Below, one piece after another: positions 1-10,132 of a stretch of DNA of 64,000 nt. Origin of the DNA: an uncultured Gemmatimonadales bacterium. Its GTDB lineage: Bacteria > Gemmatimonadota > Gemmatimonadetes > Gemmatimonadales > GWC2-71-9. The DNA lies in contig CAVSEC010000006.1 of NCBI GenBank assembly GCA_963726955.1, forward strand, positions 350,601 to 414,600. Direction: 5' to 3'. The notes beneath the pieces were generated by a model. It made no database searches and was not told the origin of the DNA. It saw only the letters and a program-made list of their open reading frames with translations. The position numbers were made by a program, and so were the translations under genes. Within the stretch, counting starts at the first letter, position 1. Every line of letters starts with the position of its first letter.

Positions 1-1598
1 CGATCGATACCTACCTGCCGCTGCTCGCCGCGTTGCGGCGGCTTGCCGCCGAGGATGTGCCGACGCCGCTGACCATCGGGATCACGCCGATCCTGGCCAA
101 TCAGCTGGAGAGTCCGGTCTTCGTCGCCGAGCTCGAGGCGTACTTTGCCCAGCGGCTGAAGACCTGCGACGAATCGGAGACCTCGCTCGCCTCCACCGGG
201 GACGAGCACCTCCTCCCGCTCGCCCGCTACTGGAAGAGCCACCTCCTCGGGCTGCGCGGCCTGTTCCGCAGCGTCGACGGCAATCTGGCCGCCGCCTTCC
301 GCCAGCTGGAGGCGGAGGGGAAGATCGAGCTGATCTCGAGCGGGGCCACGCACGGCTTCCTGCCGCTGCTCGCCCGCGACGAGAGCATCCGGCTGCAGCT
401 CGGTCTCGGCCGCGCGGAGCACCGCCGCATCTTCGGCCGCGACCCGGACGGCCTCTGGCTCCCCGAGTGCGCCTACCGACCGCGCGGCCCCTGGGCCCCG
501 CTACCGGAGGCGCCGCGGAGCCCGATGCGGCGCGGCATCGAGGAGCATGTCGCCGACGCCGGATTCAAGTACTTCTTCGTCGACAGTCACCTGGCCTCGG
601 CGGGACATGCGTTCCGGCTCTATGGCGCACAGGGAGGGCAGACCGGGGACGGTGAGGTGAAGAACTCCGCCTATCGCGCGTACCGGGTGGCGTCCGCCAA
701 GGGCGCGACGCCGGTCTCCGCTCTGATCCGCGACCCGCTGGCCTCGCGTCAGGTGTGGAGCCGACAGGAGGGATACCCGGGCGACGAGTGGTATCTCGAA
801 TTCCACAAGATCCGCTGGCCCGGCGGGCTCAAGTACTGGCGGGTGAGCGCGCCCGGCTCCGACCTCGGGGCCAAGCAGCCGTACGACCCGAGCCGCGCGC
901 TCGAGCGCGCCGGCGGACATGCTCGGCACTTCGTGGATCTGTTAGGCAGGATCGCCACGGAGCGGAGCGCCGCCGGTTCCGGAGACGCGGCCGGACGGCG
1001 CGCACCGGAGGACCTGATCGCCGTGCCGTTCGACACCGAGCTCTTCGGCCACTGGTGGCACGAGGGCGTGGACTTCCTGGCGCAGGTCTACCGGACCCTG
1101 AAGAGCAATCCGGTCGTCCGGGCCAGAACCGCCCGCGAGCACCTCGCCGAGCAGCCTTCCGCGCGGGGCATCCACCTGAGCACCGGGTCCTGGGGCGCCA
1201 ACGGCGACTTCAGCATGTGGCTCAACGACGAGACCGCCTGGACCTGGCCCCGGCTCTGGGCCATCGAGGCCGGCTTCTGGGACCGGGCGGGCGACGCGCT
1301 CGAGTCGCCGGCGCTCCGACCGGTGCTGGCGCAGGCGGCCCGCGAGATGCTCCTCGCGATGGGCTCCGACTGGCAGTTCATCATCTCCACGGGCGCGGTG
1401 ACGGACTACGCCATCAAGCGCTTCACGGAACACTGCACCGACGCGGAATTCCTCATTGCGGCCCTCGCCCCGGGCGCGGAACACCTCGCCGCCGCCCAGG
1501 CCCGGGCCGAGGAGCTGTGGGTGCAGGACCACGTCTTCCCGAACGTGCTGGACGCCGTGCGCGCAGCATTGTCAGGCAGCCGCGCCCTGTCGATGTAG
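1..1598 (+). CDS. GH57-family 1,4-alpha-glucan branching enzyme (5' end outside window)
   Basis: The frame of ORF 33..1598 stays open to the window edge. The translation carries GH57 branching-enzyme blocks (ITPILANQLE, SGATHGFLPLLA, LWLPECAY, PFDTELFGHWWHEG) and a DUF1957-type C-terminal half. Confidence 0.85.
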   Translation, partial: IDTYLPLLAALRRLAAEDVPTPLTIGITPILANQLESPVFVAELEAYFAQRLKTCDESETSLASTGDEHLLPLARYWKSHLLGLRGLFRSVDGNLAAAFRQLEAEGKIELISSGATHGFLPLLARDESIRLQLGLGRAEHRRIFGRDPDGLWLPECAYRPRGPWAPLPEAPRSPMRRGIEEHVADAGFKYFFVDSHLASAGHAFRLYGAQGGQTGDGEVKNSAYRAYRVASAKGATPVSALIRDPLASRQVWSRQEGYPGDEWYLEFHKIRWPGGLKYWRVSAPGSDLGAKQPYDPSRALERAGGHARHFVDLLGRIATERSAAGSGDAAGRRAPEDLIAVPFDTELFGHWWHEGVDFLAQVYRTLKSNPVVRARTAREHLAEQPSARGIHLSTGSWGANGDFSMWLNDETAWTWPRLWAIEAGFWDRAGDALESPALRPVLAQAAREMLLAMGSDWQFIISTGAVTDYAIKRFTEHCTDAEFLIAALAPGAEHLAAAQARAEELWVQDHVFPNVLDAVRAALSGSRALSM

Positions 1599-1712
1599 CG
1601 GGGAACGCCCCTACCCGAGATGCCCACCACCGATGGCACCCCCCGCACGACCCGCCCCGCATGGCGGTGCCGCGCCGGACGCGCCTGGGCCGCCGCCGGT
1701 GACGGCCTCCGG

Positions 1713-3485
1713 ATGTACCGTGGCACCACACTCCTCCTCGCCATCACGGCGACGCTCGCGCTCGCCTCGGTACTGCCCGTCGCCGGGCTTCTCGCTCCCG
1801 ATGTGGGCCGGCTCGCGCCGCGGCTCGGGCTGACGGCGGGCCGGGGCGGCGACCTCGGACTCCCGTGGGTCACTGCCTGGCAGGGGCCGGCGGAGATCGC
1901 GTCGGGCGGGCTCACCTTCTTCTTCAACCTGCTCCTCACCTCCGCGGCCGCGACGCTGGCCATTGCGGGCATTTCACTGCTCACCCTCTGCGGGGCCCGC
2001 GCGCTGGCGCGCGAGGGGGAAGTGTCGGTACGCCGAGCCGTGGGGGCGTCGCGCCGATCGCTCATCGCGGCCGCGGTGCTGGAGGGGTTGCTGATTGGAG
2101 GGGTCGCGGCGTTCTTCGGCGGCGCACTGGGTCTGACCGGCGCCACGATCGCCGCCCGCAGCTGGCCCGGACCCCTGCACCCCGGCTCCGCCACGGCAGG
2201 ACTCGTGGCCGTCGCCGGCGTGACGATGATCGTCCTGACCGGCGCCCTGCTGCCGGTGATATTCGCCAGGCGGAACCGGATCGGGGAAGCCGAAACCGCC
2301 GCCTTTGCGCTCTTCTGGCCTGCGCTGCTGCAACTCGGCCTGAGCCTCATTGTCCTGGCGACCGGCGCCCTCCTCGCCCGCCATGCCAGCCGCTCCCACC
2401 ATCCCGCCGCGGGACAGACCGACCCGCTACTGCAGCTCGAGATGCCGGCCACTTCCGCTGGAGAACGCGCAACGCGGTACGGGCGACTCCTGACGGACCT
2501 CGCAGGCCGACCGGAACTCGGGCTCGCGAGCCTGACAAGTCCCGGGGCGATTGTCGGCCTCGGCACCGTCGCGCGGATCACGACCGACTGCGGCCTCTGC
2601 TATGATGGGGGACTGCCCATCAAGTGGCACACACCGAGGGTGGTCCACCAGTTCGTGAGCGCCGACAGCTTCAAGGCCCTCGGAATCCCGCTCCTCGCCG
2701 GCCGCGGCATCACCCCCGCCGACCGCCTGGGCGCCGAGAAGGTCGCAGTGGTCAGCCGGTCTCTTGCGCGGGACCACTTCCAGTTTGGCGAGCCGATCGG
2801 CCGGACTCTCAAGGCCGGCGACGACGCCGATGACTGGTACACCGTCGTCGGCGTGGTCGATGACGTGGTTCCCACCGGATTCGGCGCCGGCCGGCAGCCG
2901 GGCTACACGCTCTACCTGAGCATCCTGCAGCATCCGGTCACCTCCGCCGATCTGCTGCTGCGCCGACCGTCGGGTCCCGTTGCTCCGAGCGGTGCCCCCA
3001 CGCTCGCGAGCGCCGTGGCCCAGACCCGCGCGACGGTCCTCGCCATCACCTCGGACGCCGCGCTCTTCGCGGCGGAACAGGCACCGCTCGACTGGTTCGG
3101 ACGGGGACTCCGCTGGCAGGGATGGAGCATGCTCGCGATCGCCGCGATCGGTCTCCTCGCCGTCATCCGCATCTGGGTCCGCTCGGCCTGGCCGGAGTTC
3201 GGGATGCGCCGGGCTGTCGGCGCCCGGAAGGGGCAGATTACGGGCATCGTCGTTCGTCAGGCGATCGCCGTCGCCATCGGCGGTCTCGGCCTCGGGCTCT
3301 GGTTCGGGCCGGCGCTGTGGAGTTCGCTCCCCGATCTCGTCACCGGTCTCTCACCCTGGGACGCCGGCGCGCTGCTGCCGTACGCCTCTGCGCTGATCAC
3401 CGTGACGCTGCTCGGCGCGATCGAACCGGCCTGGGCCGCCGCACGCGCCACCCCGCACGCCCTGCTGGGCTCCACCGGAGCGTAA
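1713..3485 (+). CDS. Duplicated FtsX-family ABC permease (ADOP/MacB-like), no ATPase partner in window
   Basis: ORF 1620..3485; ATG at 1713 precedes an N-terminal TM helix (TTLLLAITATLALASVL). There are two FtsX-type modules (RRAVGASRRSL and MRRAVGARKGQI, each followed by TM helices). A MacB-periplasmic-like domain separates them (VSADSFKALGIPLLAGRG). Confidence 0.7.
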   Translation: MYRGTTLLLAITATLALASVLPVAGLLAPDVGRLAPRLGLTAGRGGDLGLPWVTAWQGPAEIASGGLTFFFNLLLTSAAATLAIAGISLLTLCGARALAREGEVSVRRAVGASRRSLIAAAVLEGLLIGGVAAFFGGALGLTGATIAARSWPGPLHPGSATAGLVAVAGVTMIVLTGALLPVIFARRNRIGEAETAAFALFWPALLQLGLSLIVLATGALLARHASRSHHPAAGQTDPLLQLEMPATSAGERATRYGRLLTDLAGRPELGLASLTSPGAIVGLGTVARITTDCGLCYDGGLPIKWHTPRVVHQFVSADSFKALGIPLLAGRGITPADRLGAEKVAVVSRSLARDHFQFGEPIGRTLKAGDDADDWYTVVGVVDDVVPTGFGAGRQPGYTLYLSILQHPVTSADLLLRRPSGPVAPSGAPTLASAVAQTRATVLAITSDAALFAAEQAPLDWFGRGLRWQGWSMLAIAAIGLLAVIRIWVRSAWPEFGMRRAVGARKGQITGIVVRQAIAVAIGGLGLGLWFGPALWSSLPDLVTGLSPWDAGALLPYASALITVTLLGAIEPAWAAARATPHALLGSTGA

Positions 3486-3502
3486 TTCCGATTCCCTCCT
3501 CA

Positions 3503-5527
3503 ATGCCGTCGACCCGTTCCATCGTCATCCACGGCCACTTCTACCAGCCGCCTCGCGAAGATCCCTGGCTCGACGAGGTGGAGGCCGAACCCTCGGCCGC
3601 GCCGGCGCACGACTGGAACGAGCGGATCGAGCAGGAGTGCTACCGCGCGGTCGCGGCGGCCCGGCTCCCGGGGCATGGGGGCCGAATCGCCCGGATCGTG
3701 AATCTGTACGAATGGGTGAGCTTCAACTTCGGGCCGACCCTGCTGGAGTGGCTGGAGCGCGCCGCGCCTGACACATACCAGGCAGTGCTCGGCGCCGATC
3801 GCGCGAGTGCCCAACGTCTCGGCCACGGCAACGCGGTGGCGATGCCGTATCACCACGCGATCCTGCCGCTCTCCTCACGACGGGAAAAGGTCACCGAGGT
3901 ACGCTGGGGCATCGCCGACTTCCGGCGTCGCTTCGGCCGCGAGCCACTCGGGATGTGGCTGCCCGAGACTGCGGTCGACGAGGAGACCCTCGACGTGCTC
4001 GCCCAGGAGGGGATCGGGTTCACGATCCTGGCGCCGCACCAGGTGGACCACGTGCCGGCCCGGGGGCTCCCCGGCCGGGTGCGCACCGCCGGTGGGCGCT
4101 CGATCGTGGTGTTCGTCTATGATGGCCCGATCAGCCACGATGTCGCGTTCGGTCCCCTGGTGCGGGACGCGACGAGCTGGTCCACCCGGCTCCTCGCCAC
4201 GCCGGCCGATGGACCTCCGCCCGCGCTGGTCTCCGTGGCGACCGACGGCGAGACCTACGGTCATCATCACCACTTCGGCGAGATGGCCCTGGCGATGACG
4301 ATCGAGCGGATCCGCGAGGCGCCCGGAGCGGTCATCGAGAACTTCGCCGCCTTCCTGGCGCGGCATGGCGCGGAGGAGGAGGTCCGCATCGTTTCACCCA
4401 GCGCCTGGAGCTGCACCCACGGGGTCGAGCGCTGGCGGAGCGATTGCGGGTGCCGCATGGCGCATGACCAGCCGACCAGTCAGGCGTGGCGCACGCCGCT
4501 CCGCGACGCGGTGAGCTGGCTCACGACGACCTGCCACGGCTGCTTCGATCGCGACGCCCCTGCCCTGCTCCGGGAGCCGGCGGAGGCGCTCGCCGGATAT
4601 GGCAGCGTGATCGGCGCCGGTGCGGCAGCTGTACAGCAGTACGTTCGCGCCGCCGCGCGACCCGATCTCACTCCCGAGGCGCTGATGCGTGCCGCGGAGC
4701 TTCTGGAGATGGAGCGCGGTGCGCTCCGCACCCTCACCAGCTGCGCCTGGTTCTTCGATGATATCGGCGGGCTCGAGCCGCTCCAGGTGCTGCGGTACGC
4801 AGCCTGGGTCATCGCGCTTGGGGGCAATGATGCGCACATGCTGGAGGAGGGCTTCACCCGCCGCCTCGCGCCGGCGGAAAGCAACGTCCCGGCCCTCGGC
4901 AGCGGCCGGGACATCTACCTCCTCCGTGCCAGGCCGCACCTGGTGCCGTCGGCGCGCATCGCCGCCGGCCTTGCCGCAGCACGGCAGCTGGCGCCCGCCG
5001 CGGCGGAGAGCTTGACGTGGCGGATCGACGGCGCGGACGACGCCCTCCTCCTGACCAACCGGCGTACCGGGCGGACCTACACTTTTTCCGTCAGCCTCGA
5101 GCGTACCGCCCTCGCCGTCCTGGCGACGGTGCGCTCCCCACTGCTCGATGCCCCAGTGGCGCTGCCGCTCGCGGAGCTGCCGGAGCGCCAGCGCGAGGCG
5201 ATCACGGGAGTGCTGCGCGGTGAGGCGCTGGCGCGGCTGCTTTCGGCCGCTGAGCGGGGGGCACTCGAGCGCGGCGACCCGCTGCGACCCCTCGTGCGTG
5301 CGGCACTGGTGCGCCGGGTAGCAGACCTGGGAGATGGGCACGACGTGGAGGGACGGGCCGACGTCACGGAGCTGCTGCTGTTCCTGGATCAGCTCGGGCA
5401 GGCCGCGCCCTTCGAGGCGCAGACGCTGTTCTACAGGATCTGGCGGGCGGGCAATCCGGCGGACCGGGGCATGGCGGAGCTGGCGGCACGGATGGGGTTC
5501 GCGACCGATGAGGGCGGCCCGGCCTGA
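3503..5527 (+). CDS. GH57-family glycoside hydrolase (alpha-amylase-like, long C-terminal extension)
   Basis: In-frame ATG at 3503 inside ORF 3122..5527. The N-terminus SIVIHGHFYQPPREDPW, together with FNFGPTLLEWL, MWLPETAV and ATDGETYGHHH, are GH57 catalytic-domain blocks. The upstream 127 codons overlap the permease and are Arg/Pro-rich noise. Confidence 0.8.
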   Translation: MPSTRSIVIHGHFYQPPREDPWLDEVEAEPSAAPAHDWNERIEQECYRAVAAARLPGHGGRIARIVNLYEWVSFNFGPTLLEWLERAAPDTYQAVLGADRASAQRLGHGNAVAMPYHHAILPLSSRREKVTEVRWGIADFRRRFGREPLGMWLPETAVDEETLDVLAQEGIGFTILAPHQVDHVPARGLPGRVRTAGGRSIVVFVYDGPISHDVAFGPLVRDATSWSTRLLATPADGPPPALVSVATDGETYGHHHHFGEMALAMTIERIREAPGAVIENFAAFLARHGAEEEVRIVSPSAWSCTHGVERWRSDCGCRMAHDQPTSQAWRTPLRDAVSWLTTTCHGCFDRDAPALLREPAEALAGYGSVIGAGAAAVQQYVRAAARPDLTPEALMRAAELLEMERGALRTLTSCAWFFDDIGGLEPLQVLRYAAWVIALGGNDAHMLEEGFTRRLAPAESNVPALGSGRDIYLLRARPHLVPSARIAAGLAAARQLAPAAAESLTWRIDGADDALLLTNRRTGRTYTFSVSLERTALAVLATVRSPLLDAPVALPLAELPERQREAITGVLRGEALARLLSAAERGALERGDPLRPLVRAALVRRVADLGDGHDVEGRADVTELLLFLDQLGQAAPFEAQTLFYRIWRAGNPADRGMAELAARMGFATDEGGPA

Positions 5528-5539
5528 GGCCGGCACCAG

Positions 5540-6301
5540 TCAGTGGCCGCGAAAGTTCCGCGAGGCAGTGATGAACGCCCGGAAGAGCTGCCGGGTGTGA
5601 GGATCGGTCATCTCGAACATCTCCGGATGCCACTGCACGCCGACCATGAAGTGATCGGCGTCCCGCTCGACCGCCTCCACCAGGCCATCCGGCGCCACCG
5701 CGGCCGACGCCAGCTCCGGGGAGAGCCGCTTGATTCCCTGGTGGTGCATGCTGTTCACCAGCATGGTCGGCTTCTCGATGATCGCCATCAGCCGGCTCCC
5801 CTGGGCCAGCGAGACCTCATGCGCGAGGTGATCGCGCCTGAATCCGGCGGTCGGGAAATAGTCGTGCTTGATCCCGTCAGGCTGCTGCGCCGCCAGATCC
5901 TGATAGAGCGACCCGCCCAGCGCCACGTTCATGACCTGGATGCCTCGGCAGAGGCCGAGGATCGGCTTCCGGTCCTCGATGGCCCAGCGGGTGAGCTGCA
6001 GCTCCACCCGATCCCGGGCGGCGTCCAGGGAGCCGAGTTTGGGGTGGCGCTCCTCCCCAAAGGTGGCAGGATCCATGTCGACGCCGCCGGGAATGAGGAG
6101 ACCGTCCAGGCGATCGTAGATTTCGCGCAAGGTGTCTTCATCGTGATCCAGCAGCGGAATCATCCAGGGCACCCCGCCCACGATCGTCGCGGCGAGAAAA
6201 TACCGCTGATTCATGACCCAGGACTCCGGGAGCCCGGCGGGGATCCCGTCGATGGCGTGGAGCGTCTGGGTGGTAACCCCGATCACAGGGCGGTTGGACA
6301 T
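5540..6301 (-). CDS. Peptidase C26 / class-I glutamine amidotransferase-like gamma-glutamyl hydrolase (PuuD-like)
   Basis: ORF 5540..6370 with internal ATG at 6301 (MSNRPVIGVT). It carries GLCRGIQVMNVALGG (nucleophile Cys) and VGVQWHPE (His-Glu), both typical of the C26 family. The reading frame is intact. Confidence 0.8.
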   Translation of the reverse strand: MSNRPVIGVTTQTLHAIDGIPAGLPESWVMNQRYFLAATIVGGVPWMIPLLDHDEDTLREIYDRLDGLLIPGGVDMDPATFGEERHPKLGSLDAARDRVELQLTRWAIEDRKPILGLCRGIQVMNVALGGSLYQDLAAQQPDGIKHDYFPTAGFRRDHLAHEVSLAQGSRLMAIIEKPTMLVNSMHHQGIKRLSPELASAAVAPDGLVEAVERDADHFMVGVQWHPEMFEMTDPHTRQLFRAFITASRNFRGH

Positions 6302-6462
6302 CGGTGTCGAGTTCCGGATTCCGGGTGTCGAGTGCGAAGCATCGGCCTTCCCGCATGGGCAGGAGAGCAATACTCATGCTACAAAGGTAGTCAGCCGGCA
6401 CCGCCGCCATCCAGAGGCTAACACCAACGGGGACACTGCTGTTCCCTCCAGGGCGGCGCTCC

Positions 6463-7569
6463 CTACACGATTCCTTCGGCGGTCTCCCCGATCAGCTGAT
6501 CGACCACGGCCTTCAGGTCGCCGGTCCGCTCGAAGGTCGCGATCTGGCGGTCGGCGCTCGTCCCCCCCTCGAGGATCGTGAAGGCGTACTCGACTTCCTT
6601 GCGGGTGCCCAGCTCGTCGAGCACGTCGTCGAGGAACCACTCGATCATCTCGCGGATCAGGTCGCGGGCGGGCAGCTCCTCGTTCTTTGCCGAAATCGAT
6701 CAGCTTGCCGTCGAGACCGTAGCGGACGGCCCGCCACTTGTTCTCCTCGATCAGCGCGGCGGGATAGACGCGGAACGTCAGGTTGTCGCGACGCAGCTTC
6801 CAGAGCTTGGCGATGATCGCCTGGAAGATCGCCGCGATGCAGACCGCCTCGTCGACCCGCGTGCAGACATCGCAGATGCGGAACTCGAGCGTCGGATAGC
6901 TCCAGTTCGGCCGGACGTCCCACCAGATCTTCGAGCCGTCCGGAATGCACTTGGTGTCCACCATGCGTGCCGACCAGCTGCTCGAACTCCGCCCAGGAGT
7001 GCAGCGAGCGCGGAATGCCGGTCCGCGGGAAAGTCGCGGAAGATGATGCTCCGGTAGGACTTCAGGCCGGTCTTCCGCCCCATCCAGAAGGGCGAGCTCG
7101 TGGAGAGCGAGAGCACGTGCGGCAGGAAGTAGCGGGAGACGTTCATCGCATCGATCAGGAATTCGCGATCCTCGATGCCGATGTGGACGTGCGTGCCGAA
7201 GATCAGCAGCTGCTGCGCGAGGTCCTGCAGGTCCTCCTTCACGCCGATGTAGCGCTCGAGCGGCGTGATCTCCTGCTCCATCCAGGACGAGAACGGATGG
7301 CTGCCGGCCGCGAGCACCGAGCCCCTGCTTGGCCGCGAGGTCCATCACCAGCCTGCGCAGCCGCACCAGCTCGCTCCGCACCTCGGCCGGGTGTGGCAGA
7401 CCTTGGTGCCGACCTCGACCATCGACTGGTGCAGTTCCGGCTTGACCTCGCCGAGGATCAGCGAGTCCTCCTTGAGGATCTCGGTGATGTAGGACCGCAG
7501 CTCGCGCGTCTCCGGGTCGATGATCTGGTACTCTTCCTCGATGCCGATCGTGAGGCTGGGCGGCTTCAT
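6463..7569 (-). pseudogene. GCS2-family carboxylate-amine ligase (YbdK-like); frame broken at least 5 times
   Basis: The N-terminus [24 protein letters not shown] starts at ATG 7569. Later blocks ([53 protein letters not shown]...GIV stop at 6463) lie in alternating frames. By manual tracing the shifts fall near 7385, 7320, 7035, 6965 and 6690. I saw no in-frame stops inside the conserved blocks. Confidence 0.8.
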
Positions 7570-7598
7570 GACAATCCTCAGGCAGAAGGCTTGGCTGG

Positions 7599-7639
7599 GC
7601 GATTGCGAGCGATTGGCGATTGGGCGATCGGGCGATCGG
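7599..7639. repeat. Tandem array of five GCGATYGG octamers in the intergenic spacer between the Gsp-like ligase and the GCS2 gene
   Basis: Direct reading of the plus strand gives gcgattgc-ga-gcgattg-gcgattgg-gcgatcgg-gcgatcgg. It lies within the 101-nt spacer 7570..7670. Confidence 0.8.
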
Positions 7640-7670
7640 CCGGTGAGCCGACGGCCCGAGGGCTCGCTGC

Positions 7671-9039
7671 TCAGGCCCGCTGCTCCACGACGAAGCATGG
7701 CACCGTGCTCCCGCCGCCCGCCGTGACGTTGAGCAGCGCGGCGGTGGAGAGCCGAGTCAGGCAGCCGTCCACTGCGGTGCCGTCGAGCACGAACGGCGCC
7801 GTGTCGAGCATCCGGTCGACCAGGTGGAGCGTGCCGTCGACCACGCTCGGGTACGGCTCCGTCGGCAATCGCGATCCGCTCCTGCACGATGTACGGCTCG
7901 GCGAGCGCCCGTGCCAGCGCCGCGCCCCACGTCGCGTCGTCGACCGTCCCAGCCGAGCACGATGCCGGCGCCGCCGTAGTCGTCGTTCGGCTTGAGCACG
8001 AGCTGATCGCGGTGCGTCGCCGATGAACGGCAGCAGGTCGATCCGGCTGCCGTCCAGCATCGTGTCCGGCGCTCCTCGACCACGCGCGTCCACGGAATGA
8101 ACTCGCGCGATGGCCGCCTGCTCGTCCGCGCGTGAAGAGACTCGCGTTGCGCTCGTCGCACAGCACGGCGAGGCTCGCCTTCTTGTGCAGCATCTTGCAG
8201 CGGAAGGGATTCACCATGCAGACCGCGCCGTCGCGCACCGCGCGCACGATCGGATGATCGACGCCGCTCCCGCTCGACCAGCTCGTGGATCAGCACCCGC
8301 TTGTAGATCAGGTCGATCGGCCGCGCCGCCGCCGTACAGCTTGCCGTTCCGGTACTCCATCGTCGCGCGGATCGACGATCACCGTCTCCAGGCCCAGCGA
8401 CTCGAAGTAGTCCTGGAAGAGCACGAACTCGCTCCGGGTCGGCACGTCGTCCCAGTCGACGATCGCGATCCGCGGCCGCTGCGCACCGGCCGGAGAACTC
8501 CTGCCACGCGTCGAGCAGCAGCGTGGAGCACGCCGTGCCGCGCCGGGAGCGGGCGCACGTCGTACCGCATCGCGGAACGCCCGCATCACCGGCAGGCCGC
8601 AGAAGACCTCGGCCAGCGCGTCGTTGTACGCCGCGCCCGCCGGGCGTCTCGGCGTTGTACTCGGTCAGCGCCATCGCGCCGGTCGGATCGACAGGAAGCA
8701 GTCGAGCCGCGCCGTGCGGGCTCGGGCTCCGAAAGCCCGGATCGGCGAGCACCAGCGGCTCCTCCCACTCCGCCAGGCGGAACTGCGCCCGCAGCGCGGC
8801 GTCGGCCAGCGCCGCCTCGTGCGCCCGGGCGAACGCGCCCATCAGGCGGCTGGATCCGGCCGCTCAGCGTCCGCACTGCGCCGGGCGTGAGGAACCGCGG
8901 CCGCAGCACGGTGCAGAGCGGCCGGTCGCCGAAGACCAGGCTGCCGCCGGCGCAGCTGGTCGTCGAGCATCGCATGCGACGCCTGGGCGACGTCTCCGTC
9001 GCCGAGGAGGTCGTGGTAGATCGCGATGGCGTCGGTCAT
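7671..9039 (-). pseudogene. Glutathionylspermidine-synthetase-like (pre-ATP-grasp) amidoligase; frame broken about 10 times
   Basis: Starts MTDAIAIYHDLLGDG (ATG 9039). Conserved blocks are scattered over all three minus frames: [116 protein letters not shown]. The family assignment comes from motif resemblance only. Confidence 0.6.
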
Positions 9040-10055
9040 GCGGTTCCGAGTTCAGTTCCGATCGTCCCGGGTCGACGTGCATGCCTCGGAATCTCGCACG
9101 CTCGGAATCTGTCCAGCGCCACTGCTTCGTGCTCGAGGCAAACATGCCCGCCCATCCCGATTCCGTCACCTGCCGCCGGCCGCCCTTGGCGAGCCGGATC
9201 ACCATGTCGGCCATGTGCGTGACCACCCACTCGAAGTAGTCCGGCGTCAGCGAGTTGATGTCCATGTCCGGCGCCGGGTTCATGAAGTCGATCGCGTACG
9301 GCATGCCGTCGCGGATCGCCAACTCGACCGAGTTCATGTCGTAGCCCAGCGCCCGCACGATCGTGCGGCAGTCGCGCACCACCCGCTCCCGGAGCGCCGG
9401 CGCGAGGTAGTCCTGGTCGACGATGTAGCGGCGCTGCCTCGGGATCGTACTGCATCACCAGAATCTCCTCCTGGCCGAGGCACATGCAGCGGACGAACTG
9501 CTCCCACTCGATGAACTCCTGCACGATCATCGTGAGCAGGCCCGACTGTCGTAGTGCGTGATCAGCTCCTCCAGCGTGCGGCAGACGTAGACGTCCCTCC
9601 AGCCGCCGCCGTGCGCGTCCTTGAGGATGCACGGCAGGCCGATGCTCCGCGACGAGTCCCTCCCAGTCGAGCGGCTGCAGGTTGCGCAGACTCTCCGTCG
9701 GCACGATGCCCGGGACGTACTCCTTGTTCGGCAGCACCACCGTCTTCGGGCTGGCGACGCCGAGCTTGGTGACCAGCGCGGCGCCGAAGAACTTGTCGTC
9801 GGCCGTCCACATGAACGGGTTGTTGACGACCGCGACGCCCTCGAGCACGGCGTGCTTGAGGTAGGTGCGGTAGTACGGCACCTCGTGCGAGATGCGGTCG
9901 ACGATCACGTCGTACGGACAGGGCTCGTCCATCGCCACGCCGCCGAGCGTCACGAACTCCGCCACGACGCCGGCGTCGCGACGATTCACTTCCTCGATGA
10001 ACGCCGGCGGAAAGGACCACTCGCGCCCGACCAGAAGCCCCACGCGCTTTGTCAT
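9036..10055 (-). pseudogene. RimK/GshB-type ATP-grasp ligase; about 3 frame breaks
   Basis: ATG at 10055 (MTKRVGLLVGREWSFPP) is preceded by a GGGAGCAGG SD-like sequence. Blocks IGLPCILKDAHGGGWRDVYVC, MIVQEFIEWEQFVRCMCLG and AIDFMNPAPDMD lie in different frames, with shifts near 9640, 9545 and 9437. The 3' end is uncertain. The N-terminal frame stops at 9036 in an ATGA overlap with the next gene. Confidence 0.65.
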
Positions 10056-10095
10056 ACCTGCTCCCGAAGTGTGATGATGCGAGCGAGAGGCTGCT

Positions 10096-10118
10096 CGATC
10101 CCCCAATCGCCCAATCGC
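10096..10118. repeat. Two to three GCGATTGG octamers, inverted relative to the 7599..7639 array
   Basis: The plus strand reads cgatccc-ccaatcgc-ccaatcgc, so the minus strand reads gcgattgg-gcgattgg-gggatcg. It lies in the 77-nt spacer between the esterase stop (10133) and the ATP-grasp start (10055). Confidence 0.75.
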
Positions 10119-10132
10119 CCGGCGCCCCCCGG

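Noticed and set aside
3122-3502. The 5' extension of ORF 3122..5527 (127 extra codons), and likewise the extensions of 21140..22972, 25310..26863, 55186..56427 and 53567..53953
   Set aside because: The extensions overlap the preceding gene or are Arg/Pro-rich. Conserved N-termini or signal peptides begin at internal start codons (3503, 22537, 26716, 56307, 53761).
7599-7639. Tandem GCGATYGG repeats considered as a CRISPR array or transposon terminal repeats
   Set aside because: The units are 8 nt with no spacers, far too short for CRISPR. No cas, transposase or integrase gene lies in or near the flanked segment.
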